NCBI GenBank assembly: GCA_017609645.1
Contig: JAFCDQ010000003.1
Location: 221,571-285,570, forward strand
DNA from: Candidatus Woesearchaeota archaeon
GTDB taxonomy: Archaea > Nanobdellota > Nanobdellia > Woesearchaeales > ARS49
Reading direction: 5' to 3'
Length of the DNA: 64,000 nucleotides
Shown: positions 20,618 to 29,396 of the stretch, in pieces
How the letters are laid out: every line of letters starts with the position of its first letter
How positions within the stretch are numbered: the stretch's first letter is position 1
Translations under genes and position numbers: made by a program
Notes under the pieces: model-generated
What the model saw: only the letters and a program-made list of their open reading frames with translations
The model's database searches: none
Told to the model about the DNA's origin: nothing

Positions 20618-22819
20618 ATGAGTTTAGAAGAAGATATCCAAGAAGAATTTGATGAAAGATTTAGTGAAGAAGATATTAATAAATTTAAAGAAAAAGAAAT
20701 ACTGCCTCAAATAGTAAATAAATATGATAAAAGATTTGATGTTGAAGATGTTATTCGTTTAATTGAAAATAATATCGCGCACATACATGCTAATCGCTAT
20801 GATAAAAGATTTGGTGCTTGGTCAATTTCCATATTATTTTCAGCTCGAATTTTTCCTCAAAAAGCAAATAAGTATAAACAAAAGGTGTTGGAAATTAAAA
20901 AATTAGTTCAGGCCAAGGTCCCTGCTGAAGCAGCTAATCAATATGAAACAAGATTTTGTTGCAAAGATATAATAAGACTGCATAAATCTAAAGTTACACC
21001 TGAAAAAGCTAAAGAATATGGGAATCGTTCTTGCGGAAAAATAATTGCTTTTGTTCAGGCAAACATTCCGCCAGAAAAAACAAATCAATATTTTCCTAAA
21101 TTATTGTATTATATGGATAAATCACCTTATTATTCTATACATTCAATTGAAGAACTCATTAAAATTGAAGAAAGCGGATTCAGTTTTTTAGATATCAATT
21201 GGTTAAATGGTGCTAAGATTTCTCCAGAGAAAGCTGCTGAATATGATGAAAAGTTAAATATCCAATGCATAATAGATTTAATTAAAAATGATATCTCTCC
21301 TGAAGTAGTTCAAAAGTATAATAGATTCTTTAGAAAACTAGATATAACTGCTAAAGACATAATTGATTTAATTAAAAAAGGAATTTCGCCAGAAAAAGCT
21401 AATGAATATGGTCCAGAATTTAGTGGAGAATTAATTGCTGAATTTTGTGAAAAAAATATTTCTGTTGAGCAAGCTAAAAAATATAAAAAAAGATTCAAAT
21501 ATGATGAAACAATATTGACATTAGTAAAAGCAGGAATGTCAATAGAGAAAGCCGAAAAATATAACCAAAAATTTTCGGATATACAGCTTAAGGCTTTGAT
21601 TAAAGCAAATATTTCTCCTGAACAAATAAAAGAATACCCTAAAATATTTGATGGTTATGACCTTATTGAATTAGTTGAAATGAACATTTCTGCTAAGCAA
21701 GCAAAAGAACATCTTACACAATATGATAAAAGATTTGGTTCTAGTATTATAAAATTAATTAAAGCAAAAGCTGAGGAGTATTATCCACGATTTAATGGAG
21801 AAGAAATAACAGAATTAACTGATAAAAGAATTTCTCCTGAAATAGCAAAAAATTATGATATTAGGTTTTTCGGAAGCGAAATTGTTAACTTAATAGAAAA
21901 CGAGATTTCTTCAAAAGAAGCTGATAAATATAACAAAAATTTTAGAGCATTTCATATAATAATTTTGCATAAATTAGGCGCGGACTATAAACTTGCTGAA
22001 AAAGAAGGATTATTCGATTTATTGGGCGACATAATTAATAATAAAGAAGTTGAAAACAATCTAGAACAATTTAAAATTTTAGGCGCAGGAGCTTCTGCAG
22101 CAGTATTGTTAAAAGAAAATATAGCATGGAAATTTTCATTAGAAATCGCTGAAGAATATGAAATATTAAAAAAGATTCAACAAAAATATAAAGGAAATCA
22201 AAAAAATGTTATCAAACTCATCAGAGAACCTAAAGAAAAAATTGCTCTTGAAATTGAATACATAAAAGGAAATTCTCTTGAAAATCTAATTAAAGAAAGC
22301 AATTCTTTATCCAGCGAGAAAGTAATAAAATATTCTTCTGACATTATGAATGGTTTAATTGAAATGCGTCAAGCAGGCATTTGGTATCATCGTGATATTC
22401 GTCCTGCTAACATCATAATTGATGAGGAAAAGGACAGAGCTGTTATTATTGATTTAGGTAAAGCAACTACTGATAAAAATGCTTTGCAAATTGACAATTC
22501 TCGTTTTGGAGCTCCTAAGATTAAAGGATTTCTTGCTAATGATTTAATTTCATTAGGGCAGGTAATTTATTATATGGCTACAGGAGAGCATATTTTTGCA
22601 GAATCTGAGAGTCAAACTAGAACTTTTAGTGATCTTCTTGAGGAAATCAATGATTATAGAAATAAAGTTTATGCAGATAAAAGTGGAGAATTGTTAAAGA
22701 AACATTTGAAGGAGATTGATGAAACAATAGAAGACAAAAAAGTAAGATATTTTATTAAAGCGTGCTTGACTTCAAAACATTATGATTATACAAAAATAAA
22801 AAGAATGTTTAAAAAATAA
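20618..22819 (+). CDS. Protein with about 16 helical repeats of about 25 aa fused to a C-terminal protein kinase domain
   Basis: Consensus ISPEKAxEYxxRFxGxxIxxLIKxx over about 20700-21975; kinase LGAGASA, AWKF, HRDIRPAN, IIDLG, NDLISLG. Confidence 0.85.
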   Translation: MSLEEDIQEEFDERFSEEDINKFKEKEILPQIVNKYDKRFDVEDVIRLIENNIAHIHANRYDKRFGAWSISILFSARIFPQKANKYKQKVLEIKKLVQAKVPAEAANQYETRFCCKDIIRLHKSKVTPEKAKEYGNRSCGKIIAFVQANIPPEKTNQYFPKLLYYMDKSPYYSIHSIEELIKIEESGFSFLDINWLNGAKISPEKAAEYDEKLNIQCIIDLIKNDISPEVVQKYNRFFRKLDITAKDIIDLIKKGISPEKANEYGPEFSGELIAEFCEKNISVEQAKKYKKRFKYDETILTLVKAGMSIEKAEKYNQKFSDIQLKALIKANISPEQIKEYPKIFDGYDLIELVEMNISAKQAKEHLTQYDKRFGSSIIKLIKAKAEEYYPRFNGEEITELTDKRISPEIAKNYDIRFFGSEIVNLIENEISSKEADKYNKNFRAFHIIILHKLGADYKLAEKEGLFDLLGDIINNKEVENNLEQFKILGAGASAAVLLKENIAWKFSLEIAEEYEILKKIQQKYKGNQKNVIKLIREPKEKIALEIEYIKGNSLENLIKESNSLSSEKVIKYSSDIMNGLIEMRQAGIWYHRDIRPANIIIDEEKDRAVIIDLGKATTDKNALQIDNSRFGAPKIKGFLANDLISLGQVIYYMATGEHIFAESESQTRTFSDLLEEINDYRNKVYADKSGELLKKHLKEIDETIEDKKVRYFIKACLTSKHYDYTKIKRMFKK

Positions 22820-22823
22820 AATC

Positions 22824-24623
22824 CTACCTAATATATCCACCTTTCTGCAAATTCCATAATCTCTTATACAATCCTTTCTGTTCGATCAATTGCTTATGTT
22901 TTCCTTGCTGGACTATTTTGCCTTTATCTAATACTATTATCTCGTCAGCCATCATGATTGTTGATAATCTGTGAGCAATGATAATTGAAGTTCTGTCTTT
23001 CATCAATCTCTGCAAATCATTTTGTATTTCATGTTCTGTTTCAGAATCAAGTGAGCTTGTAGCTTCATCTAATACAAGAACTTTCTTGTCAGCAAGAATA
23101 GCTCTGGCAATTGAAACTCTTTGCTTCTCTCCTCCTGATAATTTGACTCCTCTCTCGCCAACAATTGTATTTTCTTTTTTAGGAAATTCTTGTATAATCT
23201 TCCATAATTGTGCAAATTTCATTGCTTTCAAAACATCTTTTCTTGAAGCTTTTGGATTTGAAAATGCAATATTGTTGTAAATAGTATCATCAAATAAGAC
23301 GCATTCTTGCGGAACTATGCTTAATTCTGACCTTAATGATTCTTGTTTAAAGTCTCCGAGGTCTTTGCCGTCAATTAAAATCTTACCTGAATCAACATCA
23401 TAAAACCTGTACAATAATCTTACTAATGTTGTCTTTCCGCTTCCTGACGGCCCGACTAAAGCAATCTTCTTATCTTTAGGAATCTTTAAATTAAAATTAG
23501 TGAATATTTTTCTTTTCTTATATTTGAAATTTATATTATTGAATTCAATTGTACCTTTTTTTATTTTCAAAGTTCTTGCATCTGGGGCATCTTTTACTTC
23601 ATTTTCTATTTTCCCATACATAAATAAATCCTGAAAGTCAGCCATGGCTCTGTAATAATTTCTTATGCCATGCACAAAGCCAAATAATGGACCCATTAAA
23701 TTATTAAAAACAGTATAAATAAAAACCAAAGTACCTATTGTTATCTCCGCATTCAAGAACTTTACAACAGAATACCATACTAATGCCAAAGTGCCTAATC
23801 CTATGAGGATTCCTTGTCCGCCGTCAAGCCATCTAAAATAATTCCAATTCTTAAGCAATGCTTTTTTTGTTTTGTCTGCAAAATTCTTATAAATCTTCTT
23901 TATTCTTTTTTCTTTTCCAAAGTATTTGATTGAATCAATATTTGTAAAGACATCGCTTATGTTTGCTTTTTCTACATCTTCAGCCCTATTCACTAATATA
24001 TTTGATTCTTGCTGTAAATTATTTATTATTAAGCTGTATCCTATAAATAACATAACAAAAATTATTGAAATAAGCGCAGGAATTATTCCTATATATAATA
24101 AAGCCAAAGTTACGATTAAAAATTGAAAAAGTAAAGGAGCAAAATTAAATACTATCACATCTGTCATTCGTTCTATTGCATTTCCTCCTCTAATCACTCT
24201 GCTTATCAAAGAACCTGTTTTATGTGTTGTATGAAAATCATAAGATAAATGAATTATATGATTGAAGAATTTTCTCTTTAAATCCATCATCAATCTCGAG
24301 TCTAAATGATTTACCATGTGTATTCTTAGCCAATGCCCAACAGAATTAAACAGCATTAATCCTAAATAAACTGCTAAAATTATCATTAAAATATGCATAA
24401 ATTGCGTTAATGGCAGCAGTCCGCCAGCATATTCAGTGCCGCCGTCTATTATTTCTTTGAATAAATATCTATTTGCAGTTCTTTGTGCTTCTAAAAACAA
24501 AATTAAAATTAGCAGAACTATGAATAATAATTTATATCTTATCAATAAACTCCAATATATGCCAAAGTTGTATTTGAAGTCTATTTTCAATTTCGTTTTC
24601 TTTTGTTTTTTATCATTGCACAA
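22824..24623 (-). CDS. ABC exporter, fused permease and ATPase (MsbA/ATM1-like)
   Basis: N-terminal TM helices; GPSGSGKT, LSGGEKQR, LVLDEATSSLD, IAHRLST. Confidence 0.93.
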   Translation of the reverse strand: MCNDKKQKKTKLKIDFKYNFGIYWSLLIRYKLLFIVLLILILFLEAQRTANRYLFKEIIDGGTEYAGGLLPLTQFMHILMIILAVYLGLMLFNSVGHWLRIHMVNHLDSRLMMDLKRKFFNHIIHLSYDFHTTHKTGSLISRVIRGGNAIERMTDVIVFNFAPLLFQFLIVTLALLYIGIIPALISIIFVMLFIGYSLIINNLQQESNILVNRAEDVEKANISDVFTNIDSIKYFGKEKRIKKIYKNFADKTKKALLKNWNYFRWLDGGQGILIGLGTLALVWYSVVKFLNAEITIGTLVFIYTVFNNLMGPLFGFVHGIRNYYRAMADFQDLFMYGKIENEVKDAPDARTLKIKKGTIEFNNINFKYKKRKIFTNFNLKIPKDKKIALVGPSGSGKTTLVRLLYRFYDVDSGKILIDGKDLGDFKQESLRSELSIVPQECVLFDDTIYNNIAFSNPKASRKDVLKAMKFAQLWKIIQEFPKKENTIVGERGVKLSGGEKQRVSIARAILADKKVLVLDEATSSLDSETEHEIQNDLQRLMKDRTSIIIAHRLSTIMMADEIIVLDKGKIVQQGKHKQLIEQKGLYKRLWNLQKGGYIR

Positions 24624-24657
24624 GTTTTAAATAATTTGAAATCTTAGTTTTTTAGGT

Positions 24658-24759
24658 ATGCCCGACTATGACACCTTAGTTAATAGGCCTAAGCCTGATA
24701 GACGCCGCAAGGATTTACTAGATGATTCTGATGATACCGCCGCTTGCGAGGAAGAATAA
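24658..24759 (+). CDS. Candidate 33-aa small protein
   Basis: MPDYDTLVNRPKPDRRRKDLLDDSDDTAACEEE; TAGGT just upstream; GC higher than flanks. Confidence 0.3.
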   Translation: MPDYDTLVNRPKPDRRRKDLLDDSDDTAACEEE

Positions 24760-24876
24760 ACAAATCTTCACTCTTTTTCTTTAAAAAACACAGTTTTCAT
24801 TTATAAGTGTTTCTGTTCTTTTATGGTCAAGGGCATATACAAAAAGTTTTTATAAAAGATAATAATTTATTTTGTT

Positions 24877-25527
24877 ATGGATTTTTCAATCATATTTGAC
24901 ATGGATGGTGTATTGGTCAATACCATCCCTTATCATAGACAAGCTTGGAGATTGTTTTGTAAGAAATATAACTTTGATTTTGAAGGTAAATTAAATAATA
25001 TCCTTCCAGGCAAAACTACTGCATTTTTGTTGAATCATCTTTTCAAAAGAGAACTTCCTGAAGAAGAGCGTAAAAAATATGCTCTGGAAAAAGCAGGTTT
25101 TTACAAAAATCTTTGTTATGAAAATATGCTTTTAATCAATGGAGTAATTCCTTTTTTAGATAAAGTTAAAGAAAAGAATATTCCTGTTGCGATTGGAACT
25201 GCTGGTTCTCCTCATAATGTTAGTTTTATTATGGAGAACACTCTGTTAAAAAATTATTTTAGTGTTATTGTTGATGCTTCTCACGTGTCCAGGAGTAAGC
25301 CAGATCCTGAGGTTTTTTTAAAAGCAGCTGCAAAAATAAATGCTGATCCTAAGAAGTGTGTTGTTTTTGAGGATGCTATTGCAGGAATTCAAGCAGCAAA
25401 AAATGCTGGCATGAAAGTTATTGCTCTTGCTACAACTTATCCCAGAGAAGAATTATCTGAAGCTGATTTGATTATTAATGATTTTTCTGAGATTGATTTA
25501 GAAAAAATAAGTTCATTGTTTGAATAA
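24877..25527 (+). CDS. HAD-superfamily phosphatase (beta-PGM-like)
   Basis: IFDMDGVL, SKPDPEVF, VFEDA..GI.AA..AGM. Confidence 0.92.
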   Translation: MDFSIIFDMDGVLVNTIPYHRQAWRLFCKKYNFDFEGKLNNILPGKTTAFLLNHLFKRELPEEERKKYALEKAGFYKNLCYENMLLINGVIPFLDKVKEKNIPVAIGTAGSPHNVSFIMENTLLKNYFSVIVDASHVSRSKPDPEVFLKAAAKINADPKKCVVFEDAIAGIQAAKNAGMKVIALATTYPREELSEADLIINDFSEIDLEKISSLFE

Positions 25528-25905
25528 TTCGCTCGACAAATAATAATATCTTCCTGTGCAAGGATTGCATCTTGTTCTGCATTCTTTTTGGCAGTATTCT
25601 GGTGTTTTTTGTCCTATATATTGTACATAATCTCCTCCTATTCCATAACCGTGCTCATCTATTCTATAAGCATTTCCTTTAGTTATACAATAACAATGGC
25701 TTAAGGTCAATCCATAAGGCCCTCTATATCCTAGTTCTCCTGTCCAGCCATAACTATATCTTGGGTCATCTTTGCCTCTGATTGGATTCATTCCAATAGC
25801 AGGAGTATTTTTATCTGCTGTGAAGAACATCGCCACACTTAGCATCCCTATTAGAAATATCAAACACACACTAATTATTAATTTCTCTTCATGACCTAAT
25901 GTCAT
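25513..25905 (-). CDS. Hypothetical membrane-anchored Cys-rich protein
   Basis: N-terminal TM; CYC and CQKECRTRCNPC. Confidence 0.65.
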   Translation of the reverse strand: MTLGHEEKLIISVCLIFLIGMLSVAMFFTADKNTPAIGMNPIRGKDDPRYSYGWTGELGYRGPYGLTLSHCYCITKGNAYRIDEHGYGIGGDYVQYIGQKTPEYCQKECRTRCNPCTGRYYYLSSELFKQ

Positions 25906-26002
25906 AGAATATTGTAAGAAAATTGATTATAATAAAGCTGCGTATGTACTATATATACTATCAATAATTTTTTAAACAAAACACCACTTTAGCATATCAT
26001 AC

Positions 26003-26077
26003 GGGTCCTTAGCTCAGCCTGGCTAGAGCACTCGGCTCTTAACCGAGGGGTCGGGGGTTCGAATCCCCTAGGATCCG
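26003..26077 (+). tRNA. tRNA-Lys(CTT), no intron
   Basis: Acceptor GGGTCCT/AGGATCC, D stem GCTC/GAGC, anticodon stem CTCGG/CCGAG with CTT, TTCGAAT. Confidence 0.97.
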
Positions 26078-26101
26078 TATTTATTTTCAAAAAGAGGTCA
26101 A

Positions 26102-26662
26102 ATGAGAAAAAAGCTCAAAATCCTGTTATTCGCATCCGCATTACTTATGCTAGCAGGAGGTCTTTTTGGACCTATTTATGCTGTTTTTGTTGAACAAATA
26201 GGAGGAGATTTGCTTACAGCAGGCGGAGCATATGCTGCTTTTGCAATTGCGTCTGGTGTTTTAATTTTCTTTCTCAGCAGATGGGAAGATCATGTTAAAC
26301 ATCAAGAAAAATTAATAGTTGCAGGTTATTTTTTGAGTACAATTGGTTTCTTAGGATACTTATTCATTAAAACACCATTACATTTATTTATAGTACAAAT
26401 AATACTAGGGTTTGGGGAAGCAGTAAGTTCGCCTGCATTCGATGGTTTATATTCAAAAAATCTTCAGAAAGGAAAGTTTGCTTCTGAATGGGGCATGTGG
26501 GAATCTTTGTTTTACATCACAACAGGTGTTGCAGCCATCGCAGGTGGTTTTCTTGCTCAAGAATTTGGATTTAAAGTTTTGTTTGCGGTAATGTTTGTAT
26601 TCTCTTTATTAGGATTAATTAGTTCTCTATTTTTGCTGAAAAAGAAAAAAAGAAGAAAATAG
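26102..26662 (+). CDS. Half-size (6-TM) MFS-type transporter
   Basis: Six hydrophobic segments; degenerate MFS motif A (LSRWED...K) and FGF..LF. Confidence 0.7.
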   Translation: MRKKLKILLFASALLMLAGGLFGPIYAVFVEQIGGDLLTAGGAYAAFAIASGVLIFFLSRWEDHVKHQEKLIVAGYFLSTIGFLGYLFIKTPLHLFIVQIILGFGEAVSSPAFDGLYSKNLQKGKFASEWGMWESLFYITTGVAAIAGGFLAQEFGFKVLFAVMFVFSLLGLISSLFLLKKKKRRK

Positions 26663-26715
26663 CCACTCTTCTACATAAAAACTTATTAAAGATAGATGAT
26701 TTCTATTAGATTAAA

Positions 26716-27141
26716 ATGTCTGAAGAATCCAAACCAGAAAAAGTTCCTTTTAATATCAAAGACCTTGAAGGTATGAAAGGCAAAGAATTATTATTGAGTT
26801 CATTCAATAAGCCAGATTTTCCAGTAACTGGGTGCATATCAGAAATAATTTCATTTCATCCTTATGGCGGAAAGTTTTATCAGTTAGGTTATCTAGATAA
26901 AATAACTTATGAAGATGGTTCTATTATTACTGCTAAAAAGCCAACGGAAAATTATTTATTTTTGTTTGAGGATTTAGAACTTCCAGAAAATCAACCACCT
27001 ATTCTTAAAGGCAAAGTTACAAAATCAGAAAAGAGTGAGCTGCCTGCAACGATTACACTTGATAAACAAGTAGTTCTTTATCTGTCTGAAACTCCAACAC
27101 AGAAAGAAAAAGTAGAGTTGACTTGCCTTTTTGAGAATTAA
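26716..27141 (+). CDS. Hypothetical protein
   Basis: 141-aa ORF with upstream TATA-like sequence; no recognised domain. Confidence 0.55.
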   Translation: MSEESKPEKVPFNIKDLEGMKGKELLLSSFNKPDFPVTGCISEIISFHPYGGKFYQLGYLDKITYEDGSIITAKKPTENYLFLFEDLELPENQPPILKGKVTKSEKSELPATITLDKQVVLYLSETPTQKEKVELTCLFEN

Positions 27142-27146
27142 AATCA

Positions 27147-27488
27147 TCACAAAAATCTCACAAACTTATTCTCCTTATCAACTAGAATATTCTTTGGTTT
27201 GATTGTTTTATCACTTAATTCAAAGCCCATGATGATTATTTCATCTCCTGGTTTGATTAAATGAGCTGCAGCGCCGTTCATGCAAATTGTTCCAGAACCT
27301 TTTTCTCCTGAAATTACATAAGTATCTAATCTTGCTCCATTTGTGTTGTCAACAACTAATACTTTTTCTCCAGGCCATAAGCCTGCTTTATCCATAAGTT
27401 CTTGATCAATTGTTATACTGCCTATATAATTTAGATTTGCATCTGTTACAGTTGCTTTGTGTATTTTAGATCTTAATACTAACCTCAT
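27147..27488 (-). CDS. panD: Aspartate 1-decarboxylase, pyruvoyl-dependent bacterial type
   Basis: [12 protein letters not shown]|SITID self-cleavage site, [16 protein letters not shown]. Confidence 0.95.
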   Translation of the reverse strand: MRLVLRSKIHKATVTDANLNYIGSITIDQELMDKAGLWPGEKVLVVDNTNGARLDTYVISGEKGSGTICMNGAAAHLIKPGDEIIIMGFELSDKTIKPKNILVDKENKFVRFL

Positions 27489-27542
27489 TTTATATTATTA
27501 GAATTATTTTGCTATTTAAACATTATTGATTTAGAATCCAGA

Positions 27543-27556
27543 GAAACCTTTATAAA
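27543..27556 (+). promoter_or_regulatory. BRE/TATA promoter of the rpl7ae operon
   Basis: GAAACC-TTTATAAA about 100 nt upstream of ATG 27653. Confidence 0.7.
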
Positions 27557-27582
27557 TAAACCTTAAATTCTAAACATTATTA

Positions 27583-27647
27583 TCCTATGAGGTTTATGAG
27601 GCCAAATATGGCTGAAATTGAGGACTAATAATTCTAGTCCTGGAGGA
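27583..27647 (+). promoter_or_regulatory. Tandem double kink-turn in the rpl7ae 5' UTR with a competing hairpin next to the RBS
   Basis: UCC-UAU-GA-GG-UU-UAU-GA-GGCC-AAAUAU-GGCU-GA-AA-UU-GA-GGA (27583-27624); alternative stem AGGACUA/UAGUCCU (27621-27641) abuts GGAGG. Confidence 0.8.
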
Positions 27648-27652
27648 AGAAA

Positions 27653-28369
27653 ATGACTGAAAATAAAGAACTTGCTTTAGAAGCTATTGAAGTTGCTAAA
27701 AATACTGGTAAGATCAAAAAGGGCATTAATGAAGCTACTAAAACACTAGAAAGAGGCACTGCAAAACTAGTTGCTTATGCTAAAGATGTGCAGCCTGCGG
27801 AAGTAGTTATGCACCTACCTGTTCTTGCAAAAGAAAAAGGAATTATTTGTATTGAAGTTCCTTCTAAAGAAGAGTTAGGAACTGCTGCGGGAATTCCAGT
27901 TCCTACAAGTGCTGTTGCTATTATTGTTGAAGGTGAAGCTAAAAAAATTATTGCACAATTAAAAGCTTCTATGACAGTAGAGAAGCCTGCAGAAAAACCT
28001 AAAGAAGAACCTAAGAAAGAAGAAAAACCTGCAGAAAAGAAAGAAGAGAAGCCTGCAGAGAAAAAGGAAGCACCAAAAAAAGAAGCTCCTAAAGAAGAAA
28101 AGAAACAAGAAAAGCCAAAAGAAAAGAAAGAAGAGAAGCCTGCAGAAAAAAAGGAAGCACCAAAAAAAGAAGCTCCTAAAGAAGAAAAACCTGCAGAAAA
28201 AAAGCCAGAACCTAAAACAGAAGAAAAACCTGCAGAGAAAAAAACAGAAGTAAAGAAAGAAGCTCCTAAAGAAGAAAAGAAAGAAGAGCCAAAAACAGAA
28301 GAAAAGCCTAAAGAAGCTCCTAAAGAAGAAAAGAAAGAAGAGCCAAAGCCTGAAGAAAAGAAAGAGTAA
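27653..28369 (+). CDS. rpl7ae: Ribosomal protein L7Ae with about 130-aa K/E/P/A-rich C-terminal extension
   Basis: [12 protein letters not shown]...RG.AKLV..A.DV.P.EVV.HLP.L..EK.I....V.SK.ELG.AAG; tail of [18 protein letters not shown] repeats. Confidence 0.95.
   Translation: MTENKELALEAIEVAKNTGKIKKGINEATKTLERGTAKLVAYAKDVQPAEVVMHLPVLAKEKGIICIEVPSKEELGTAAGIPVPTSAVAIIVEGEAKKIIAQLKASMTVEKPAEKPKEEPKKEEKPAEKKEEKPAEKKEAPKKEAPKEEKKQEKPKEKKEEKPAEKKEAPKKEAPKEEKPAEKKPEPKTEEKPAEKKTEVKKEAPKEEKKEEPKTEEKPKEAPKEEKKEEPKPEEKKE
28034..28188 (+). repeat. 68-bp in-frame duplication (period 87 bp) in the L7Ae tail
   Basis: 28034-28101 versus 28121-28188, one mismatch. Confidence 0.85.
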
Positions 28370-28371
28370 AA

Positions 28372-28647
28372 ATGGCAGAAAGAAAAGATAATAAAAAAGG
28401 AAAACCAGAAAAATCAGCTGGTGTTAGGTTTTCTCCTGCTGTTCCTGCTAAAGTTGAAGAAATAATTGGCAGAACAGGTACAAGAGGAGAAGCTATTCAA
28501 GTCAGATGCAGAATTCTTGACGGCAGGGATAAAGATAAAGTTATGAGAAGAAATGTTAAAGGACCTATTCAAAGAGAGGATATTATTATGCTTAGAGAAA
28601 CAGAGATTGAAGCCAGACCATTAAATAAGTCTGGCAGAGGTGGCTAA
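28372..28647 (+). CDS. rps28e: Ribosomal protein S28e
   Basis: [41 protein letters not shown]. Confidence 0.95.
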   Translation: MAERKDNKKGKPEKSAGVRFSPAVPAKVEEIIGRTGTRGEAIQVRCRILDGRDKDKVMRRNVKGPIQREDIIMLRETEIEARPLNKSGRGG

Positions 28648-28648
28648 A

Positions 28649-28816
28649 ATGTCTAAGTGTTCTTTTTGTAAAGATGATATTCCTCAAGGTACTGGAATTA
28701 TGTTTGTCAAGAAAGATGGCAAGATTTTATTTTTTTGCAGTTCTAAATGTGAACGAAATTTGTTAAAATTAAAAAGAAAAGCCCGAGAACAAAAATGGGT
28801 GGTGAAGAAAAAATGA
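28649..28816 (+). CDS. rpl24e: Ribosomal protein L24e (55 aa), not in ORF track
   Basis: MSKCSFCKDDIPQGTGIMFVKKDGKILFFCSSKCERNLLKLKRKAREQKWV. Confidence 0.95.
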   Translation: MSKCSFCKDDIPQGTGIMFVKKDGKILFFCSSKCERNLLKLKRKAREQKWVVKKK

Positions 28817-29388
28817 TGGAAAAATCTTTAGTTTTAATTAAGCCTGATGGAGTTCAGAGAGCTTTAATAGGAGATATAATTGCTAGGTTTGAAAAAGCTG
28901 GTTTCAAAGTTATTGGAATGAAGATGGTTTGGGCTGATAAAAAGCTTGCAGGAAAACATTATGCTGATGATGAAGCTTGGATGAAAAGTCTTGGCACTAA
29001 AACAAAAGCAGCTTATGAGAAAAAAGGCAAACCTCTGAAAGAAACTGCTGTTGAAGTAGGCAGAAGAATTAGAAAATTATTGATGGACTTTATTAGTATG
29101 TCTCCTTCTGTTGCTTTATGTATTGAAGGTCATGGCGCTATTGAAAAAATAAGAATTCTTGTTGGAGCTACTGCGCCTATTCTTGCTATGCCAGGCACCA
29201 TCCGAGGAGATCTTTCTTTTGATTCTTATGAGTTATCAGATGCTAGCGGCAGACCGTTACAGAATTTAATTCATGCTTCTGACAGTAAAGAAGCTGCTGA
29301 TAAAGAGATAAAAATTTGGTTTAAGAAAGAAGAGCTTCATCCTTACAAAAGAATTGATGAACCTTTATTATACAGAAAAGTTAAGTAG
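28813..29388 (+). CDS. ndk: Nucleoside diphosphate kinase, long form with internal insertion
   Basis: LIKPDGVQR, PGTIRGD, NLIHASDS; start overlaps the rpl24e stop (ATGA). Confidence 0.93.
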   Translation: MMEKSLVLIKPDGVQRALIGDIIARFEKAGFKVIGMKMVWADKKLAGKHYADDEAWMKSLGTKTKAAYEKKGKPLKETAVEVGRRIRKLLMDFISMSPSVALCIEGHGAIEKIRILVGATAPILAMPGTIRGDLSFDSYELSDASGRPLQNLIHASDSKEAADKEIKIWFKKEELHPYKRIDEPLLYRKVK

Positions 29389-29396
29389 GTGAAATA

